Position numbers and translations under genes: made by a program. Positions 59,865-64,000 of a DNA stretch of 64,000 nucleotides are shown one piece after another. Origin of the DNA: Gammaproteobacteria bacterium. Lineage in GTDB: Bacteria; Pseudomonadota; Gammaproteobacteria; Pseudomonadales; Pseudohongiellaceae. Position 1 is the first letter of the stretch. The number at the start of each line of letters is the position of its first letter. The notes under the pieces are model-generated. The model was not told the DNA's origin. It ran no database searches and worked only from the letters and a program-made list of their open reading frames with translations. The stretch covers positions 28,649 to 92,648 of the forward strand of contig BPDI01000006.1 of assembly GCA_019654215.1 (NCBI GenBank), read 5' to 3'.

Positions 59865-59899
59865 AAAGGGTAATCGCTTAGCGATTACCCTTTTTCTTT
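59865..59899 (+). terminator. rho-independent terminator after tRNA-Ala (possibly bidirectional)
   Basis: AAAGGGTAATCGC-TTA-GCGATTACCCTTT followed by TTCTTT. It is preceded by an A-run, so it could also terminate the convergent dehydratase gene. Confidence 0.65.
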
Positions 59900-60006
59900 G
59901 AGAGACTAGCCGTTATTTCAATAAAACGTTAGAGAAGGTCATAGATGAACAGTAATCGCTATTTATTGCCAGAATGAAAACTTGAAATAGCCATTGATAT
60001 TACAGA

Positions 60007-60960
60007 TCAAGAAATCACTTGGCGCAATTTTTCAATTCCAATATTACCGCCGCAAATCAAAATAGCGACCCTCTTCCCCTTATAACTTTCTTGCTCTTTC
60101 AAAAAGGCGGCTATTGCAACTCCCGCAGCACCTTCAATCAACATGTGATGCTGATTGATCGTGAAAAGCATTGCTTCTTTTATTTCTGCTTCATCAACAA
60201 GGATTGACTCATCGATGTGAGAGCGGCACAAATTTAGAGTGACTGCGCCTTCTTCTACGCCACCAGCTGTGGCATCTGAGAGGGTGGGATAGCAAGCAAC
60301 ATCTATTATCTTTTTTGCTTTCATGCATTCATGCATAGCAGGTGACTGGCTTGGAGAGCAGGCAATAACTTTTGTTTGTGGGGATGCTTCTTTTAAGTAA
60401 GCACCGATTCCAGAGATTAATCCTCCGCCCCCAACGGAAACGAAAACGGCATCGAGCTGCTTTATCTGCTGAACGAGTTCAACTCCAATAGTCCCTTGGC
60501 CTGCGATTACATCCAAGTCGTTGTAAGGGGAGATATAAACCTTTCCGGATTGTTCAGCATTCTTACGAGCGGCTGACTCTGTAATAACACAATCGTCACC
60601 AAAAGGCTTAACTTCGGCACCTTCCAATTCTATCGCTTGAACCTTAGAGCGGTCAGCATATTCAGGAACATACACTATTGCATGAATTCCAAGTTTCTTG
60701 GCCCCCGACGCAATACCTAAACCATGGTTGCCACTTGAAGCTGTAATCACTCCGCACGCTTTTTCATCATCGCTCAATTGAGACAATTTGTTGATCGCGC
60801 CCCGGGCTTTGAATGAACCAGTTACCTGATAGTTCTCCAGCTTGAGATAAACTTCGGCGCCAGTTTTTTTACTTAAGAAAAGTGAGTGTTCGGCCGGAGT
60901 AAATCGTAAATGTTTTCGAACTGCTAGCTCGGCACTGAGAATGGAATCATATAACGACAT
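60007..60960 (-). CDS. PLP-dependent threonine/serine dehydratase (short form, no ACT regulatory domain)
   Basis: 317 aa. PLP-lysine motif QVTGSFKARGA, plus ASSGNHG and GGGGLISG loops. Confidence 0.75.
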   Translation of the reverse strand: MSLYDSILSAELAVRKHLRFTPAEHSLFLSKKTGAEVYLKLENYQVTGSFKARGAINKLSQLSDDEKACGVITASSGNHGLGIASGAKKLGIHAIVYVPEYADRSKVQAIELEGAEVKPFGDDCVITESAARKNAEQSGKVYISPYNDLDVIAGQGTIGVELVQQIKQLDAVFVSVGGGGLISGIGAYLKEASPQTKVIACSPSQSPAMHECMKAKKIIDVACYPTLSDATAGGVEEGAVTLNLCRSHIDESILVDEAEIKEAMLFTINQHHMLIEGAAGVAIAAFLKEQESYKGKRVAILICGGNIGIEKLRQVIS

Positions 60961-61126
60961 AGCTGTTTATTATTGTCATGATGAGTTAAGTGGGATGCGC
61001 TTATAATAAATGTATTGGAGTAAAGATTCAGTAGGATGGTTTGTCTAATTGAAAAATTGTACAGGGATTTTGGGAAATCTTTTTTGACAAACCCTAAAGA
61101 ATAAACTGCATAGATGACTAATCGTC

Positions 61127-61579
61127 TTATTTAGTTTGTTGGATTGTTACCTGAGAGAGACCTTGCAAATCCACTTGCAGTTCAGCGTCACCTGTCGGTA
61201 GATTGCTGACAGACAGCATATAGGCAATCACATCAACGAATTCTTGATCAGTAAGTGAGCCTGGATTGTCTTCTGGCATAGTTGTTTTTGATAGCTCGAA
61301 AAGCACTGCAAGAGATCGTCCCTCCCAATCGCGAAGGAATTTAGCTCGAGCCAATGGGGGAGAGGAGCGCATATCCGGATCATCTGCTGCACCGTCTAAT
61401 CGATATCCATGACAAAATCCACAAGCGCCTTCATAAATAAATTCGCCTCGCGACGCTTGAGCCTCGGTGTACACTCCATCCCAAATTGAAAGTTGAATAC
61501 TCGAATTAGACAAATCTTGAGAATTTGCAATAGTCACCCAAGGAATTGTGAGGGCCGGTATTAGCTTTCTAAGGATCAA
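61127..61579 (-). CDS. monohaem c-type cytochrome (exported)
   Basis: 150 aa with a signal peptide, a single CxxCH (CGFCHG) and a probable distal Met in TTMPEDNPG. It begins 40 nt after the flavoprotein gene stop on the same strand. Confidence 0.7.
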   Translation of the reverse strand: MILRKLIPALTIPWVTIANSQDLSNSSIQLSIWDGVYTEAQASRGEFIYEGACGFCHGYRLDGAADDPDMRSSPPLARAKFLRDWEGRSLAVLFELSKTTMPEDNPGSLTDQEFVDVIAYMLSVSNLPTGDAELQVDLQGLSQVTIQQTK

Positions 61580-61618
61580 GTTTAGATACCGTATAGAAAA
61601 TGTTAGGTTCTTGATAAA

Positions 61619-63709
61619 TCAAGCGCCAAGAGGCTCATCAACTGCATGAGTACCGGCGATATAACCATGTACATGTCCCTTTCCGAGACCATGTTTATTA
61701 AAGCCTCCAACCGCTTCTCCTCCTGCATAAAGTCCCGGAATAACATTTCCCTGCATGTCTATGACTTGTTGTTTACCGTTAACTCGCAAGCCTCCATAAG
61801 AATCATGCCAGATCACCATGATTGAAAGAGCATAGAATGGAGCCATGGAAATTCGATTCATTGGACCGTCCTGATCTCGTTCGAATTCAGGATCAACTCC
61901 ATCGTCAACATAGTCATTCCAGGTTTTTACTGTTTTTGCCAGGTATTTCAAAGGAACCCGCTGAAATGCATTGCCTGTTTGAATTTCCTCAGCCAATTCT
62001 TCAATGGTATCCGCCTTAAAGTAGTAACCATTGTCTGCTACAAATGGGTAACGTAATTCCCAACCGTTTCGATCAACTGCGTCTTGGTCGAAAATTGCCC
62101 AAATTGGACCCGAATAATAGTTGGGTGGCTCAGAACCTTCATTCATGGCCAATGCAGCATCGAGGCCATGATCGTAATCGTACATCTGCCGCACCCATTC
62201 TTTGCGGCAATTACGCCAGTCCAAAGGTGTATGCTCGAGTCCTCTGCCAGGAGAGCCACCATCACCCGGATAAGCACTCGGGCCAGGTCGTCTAGGTAGT
62301 CGAACCTCACTAAAGAAACGTTTTCCGACCTGATTCACGGCGATGAACTCTTCGAATCCTGTATTGCCAACATTGAAACCGGAAGAATCCCGGTAACCAA
62401 AGGTAGGATGTCCGGGCATCATGCCAGTGTATGCATCACGAGTTCCTAGTCGCGTCGAAATATGGAAGGTTGTGTGATAGGACAAATTCTGTTGCATGCC
62501 AGCCATGTTGGCGCCAACTCGGAGGCCAGCAATCAGAGCGGACCCATCCTGGCCACCTGGGCCTAATAATGCGCGACCACTGGTTGGAAATGCTGGTTCT
62601 CTTAATGCGGGGTAGAACATACTTCTTACCTCCGGATTGCCAGCAATACCGCCGCTAGCCAGAATTACTGCCTGTCGAGCCATGATATTAATAGTTTCAC
62701 GTTGCTCATCGACATTGCCGTTCTTCCAAAGGCTTTCGAGGACTTCTCCAGTATCAGGGTGAAGTCGAGGTGAATATTCAGCCTTAATTCCGAGAACCTG
62801 TCCGGCAACTGATTGCTCTCGAATAATCTCATTGAATTTACGGTGGAGAATAAATTGAACACCTTTTTCCCGCGCCGAGTATTCGAGAGGCCGCGAGAGT
62901 GCTGCACCATTAGAAACGGCATCGGGCCCGACAAATCGCCGCGCGTTGTACATGGGAATTGGAGAAAAGGCGCTAGAGCGTTCACGATCGACTACTCCAG
63001 CATCTTCTCGCGAGACTGTTCCCGCTGGAATATTTGTTTCATCTCCTAACATTAAAAAACAATTAGCCAAACGAGCTCGAGATAATCCACCACCGCCATG
63101 AGTACCGTTGATTCGTGAAAAGCGTACATAGTTATCCATTAGAAATTGTCGAGTGTCTGGACAGTTTTCTGCCCAGGCTCGAGCCATTTCCCGTTCGTTA
63201 TAGCGATAAGGATTTTGTCCTTTGGGATCTACTACTGACCAGTCGGTTACGTCTCTGAAAAGGAGGTCGACACTATCTTCCATTTCTTCTGGATTCTCGA
63301 GAGGAGGTACGGTTACGAAACCCTCTTCATCATTTTCACCAACAATGTCTCTCCGTTGAATTGGATCGCCACCACCAAGGGACATTCGTGCCGCGCTATG
63401 CAACATTCGGCCACCCAGATCGAAGTTCTGATCTACCACCAGCACAGATGCGCCGAGATCCCGTGCTCTAATTGCAGCAGTGAGACCGGCGCAGCCACCA
63501 CCAGCAATGACAACATCTGCCTCGTAATCCCAAACGATAGAGCCAGAGTTAGTTTCTTGCGCCTGAGCTTTTCCAGCCAGGGCCGCTGCTCCCAGTCCGG
63601 CAACTGCGCTTTTTTTGACGAATTCTCGCCTGCTCAGGGCGCCGTTGTTCTCCTGGCTTTTTTCGCTATGCTCATTGCCACCTGTTCCTTTTTTCTGTTT
63701 CTTTGCCAT
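61619..63709 (-). CDS. Tat-exported FAD-dependent oxidoreductase (FAD_binding_2 / fumarate-reductase-flavoprotein-like fold)
   Basis: 696 aa. Twin-arginine motif SRREFVKKSAVAGLGAAALAGKAQA. Dinucleotide fold DVVIAGGGCAGLTAAIRA. C-terminal FAD motif IPGLYAGGEAVGG. Confidence 0.75.
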   Translation of the reverse strand: MAKKQKKGTGGNEHSEKSQENNGALSRREFVKKSAVAGLGAAALAGKAQAQETNSGSIVWDYEADVVIAGGGCAGLTAAIRARDLGASVLVVDQNFDLGGRMLHSAARMSLGGGDPIQRRDIVGENDEEGFVTVPPLENPEEMEDSVDLLFRDVTDWSVVDPKGQNPYRYNEREMARAWAENCPDTRQFLMDNYVRFSRINGTHGGGGLSRARLANCFLMLGDETNIPAGTVSREDAGVVDRERSSAFSPIPMYNARRFVGPDAVSNGAALSRPLEYSAREKGVQFILHRKFNEIIREQSVAGQVLGIKAEYSPRLHPDTGEVLESLWKNGNVDEQRETINIMARQAVILASGGIAGNPEVRSMFYPALREPAFPTSGRALLGPGGQDGSALIAGLRVGANMAGMQQNLSYHTTFHISTRLGTRDAYTGMMPGHPTFGYRDSSGFNVGNTGFEEFIAVNQVGKRFFSEVRLPRRPGPSAYPGDGGSPGRGLEHTPLDWRNCRKEWVRQMYDYDHGLDAALAMNEGSEPPNYYSGPIWAIFDQDAVDRNGWELRYPFVADNGYYFKADTIEELAEEIQTGNAFQRVPLKYLAKTVKTWNDYVDDGVDPEFERDQDGPMNRISMAPFYALSIMVIWHDSYGGLRVNGKQQVIDMQGNVIPGLYAGGEAVGGFNKHGLGKGHVHGYIAGTHAVDEPLGA

Positions 63710-63886
63710 TAGTGATCCTCAGCAGAGTAGTGGAGCTAATATGGTCATTTCAATGTCAAGGCGAACCCATTGTACTGTGTTTTCGCTTTAATCCGATCAA
63801 TTTGGGACGGATTGAGTTCGGCGAATAGTAAATTTGTAGCTAAGGGGTATACTTTCTGGTCAGTTTCTTTAACGATGGAACTTTCT

Positions 63887-64000
63887 GATGAACCAATTCT
63901 TGCTTTGTCTAGGCGGCTCATTTCAAGCTGCTAAGCATTTAGTTCTAATTCTTACTTTTTACTTTGCTTTCCTGTTGCAGTCCTGTCAGCAGTTGCCATC
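63887..64000 (+). CDS. possible lipoprotein, first 38 codons only (runs off the window)
   Basis: My translation from the ATG at 63887 is MNQFLLCLGGSFQAAKHLVLILTFYFAFLLQSCQQLP.., hydrophobic with a lipobox-like LLQSC. There is no further support. Confidence 0.2.

Noticed and set aside
1-64000. Search for CRISPR arrays, IS elements or transposases, integrases, prophage genes, toxin-antitoxin pairs and known defence-system signatures
   Set aside because: I saw none. There are no spaced direct-repeat arrays, no transposase, integrase or recombinase-like ORFs, and no terminal inverted repeats. The only tRNA is not flanked by an island.

Overview
This is a 64-kb chromosomal segment from an AT-leaning gammaproteobacterium. 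Gene order resembles Pseudomonas/Cellvibrio-type genomes. It is almost entirely housekeeping core. Two conserved clusters converge on a ~9.6-kb variable segment at 15.6-25.2 kb: proA-nadD-rsfS-rlmH-mrdA-rodA-rlpA-dacA-ybeD-lipB-lipA on the + strand, and miaB-phoH-ybeY-corC-leuS-lptE-holA on the - strand. Further right lie a phoPQ-like two-component locus, nadE, bamD/rluD-pgeF, a four-gene methionine/organosulfur module, clpB, ilvIH, an inverted class II ilvC, pssA, msrPQ, a lone tRNA-Ala(UGC), a threonine dehydratase and a Tat-exported flavoprotein/cytochrome c pair. I found no CRISPR array, IS element, integrase, prophage or recognisable defence system. The dominant peculiarity is technical or evolutionary. 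About 20 genes, many normally indispensable, need one or more frame changes to read through. These breaks cluster in discrete blocks, and several I resolved sit in short homopolymers. I interpret this as sequence/assembly indels, not programmed events, so the 'pseudogene' labels below are provisional. The candidates I rate most worth follow-up are: (1) the Tat-flavoprotein + monohaem cytochrome c pair of unknown substrate (61.1-63.7 kb); (2) a GC-rich, hairpin-rich non-coding element between clpB and ilvI (52.6-52.8 kb); (3) the lone tRNA-Ala(UGC) behind an rrn-like promoter with a duplicated leader (59.6-59.9 kb); (4) the uncharacterised envelope proteins and orphan Hsp70-like gene in the variable segment; (5) the BCCT-hydrolase-metY-mmuM block inserted into the rluD-pgeF-clpB synteny. 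All functional calls rest on my reading of the translated ORFs (motifs and remembered family signatures). No database search was run.
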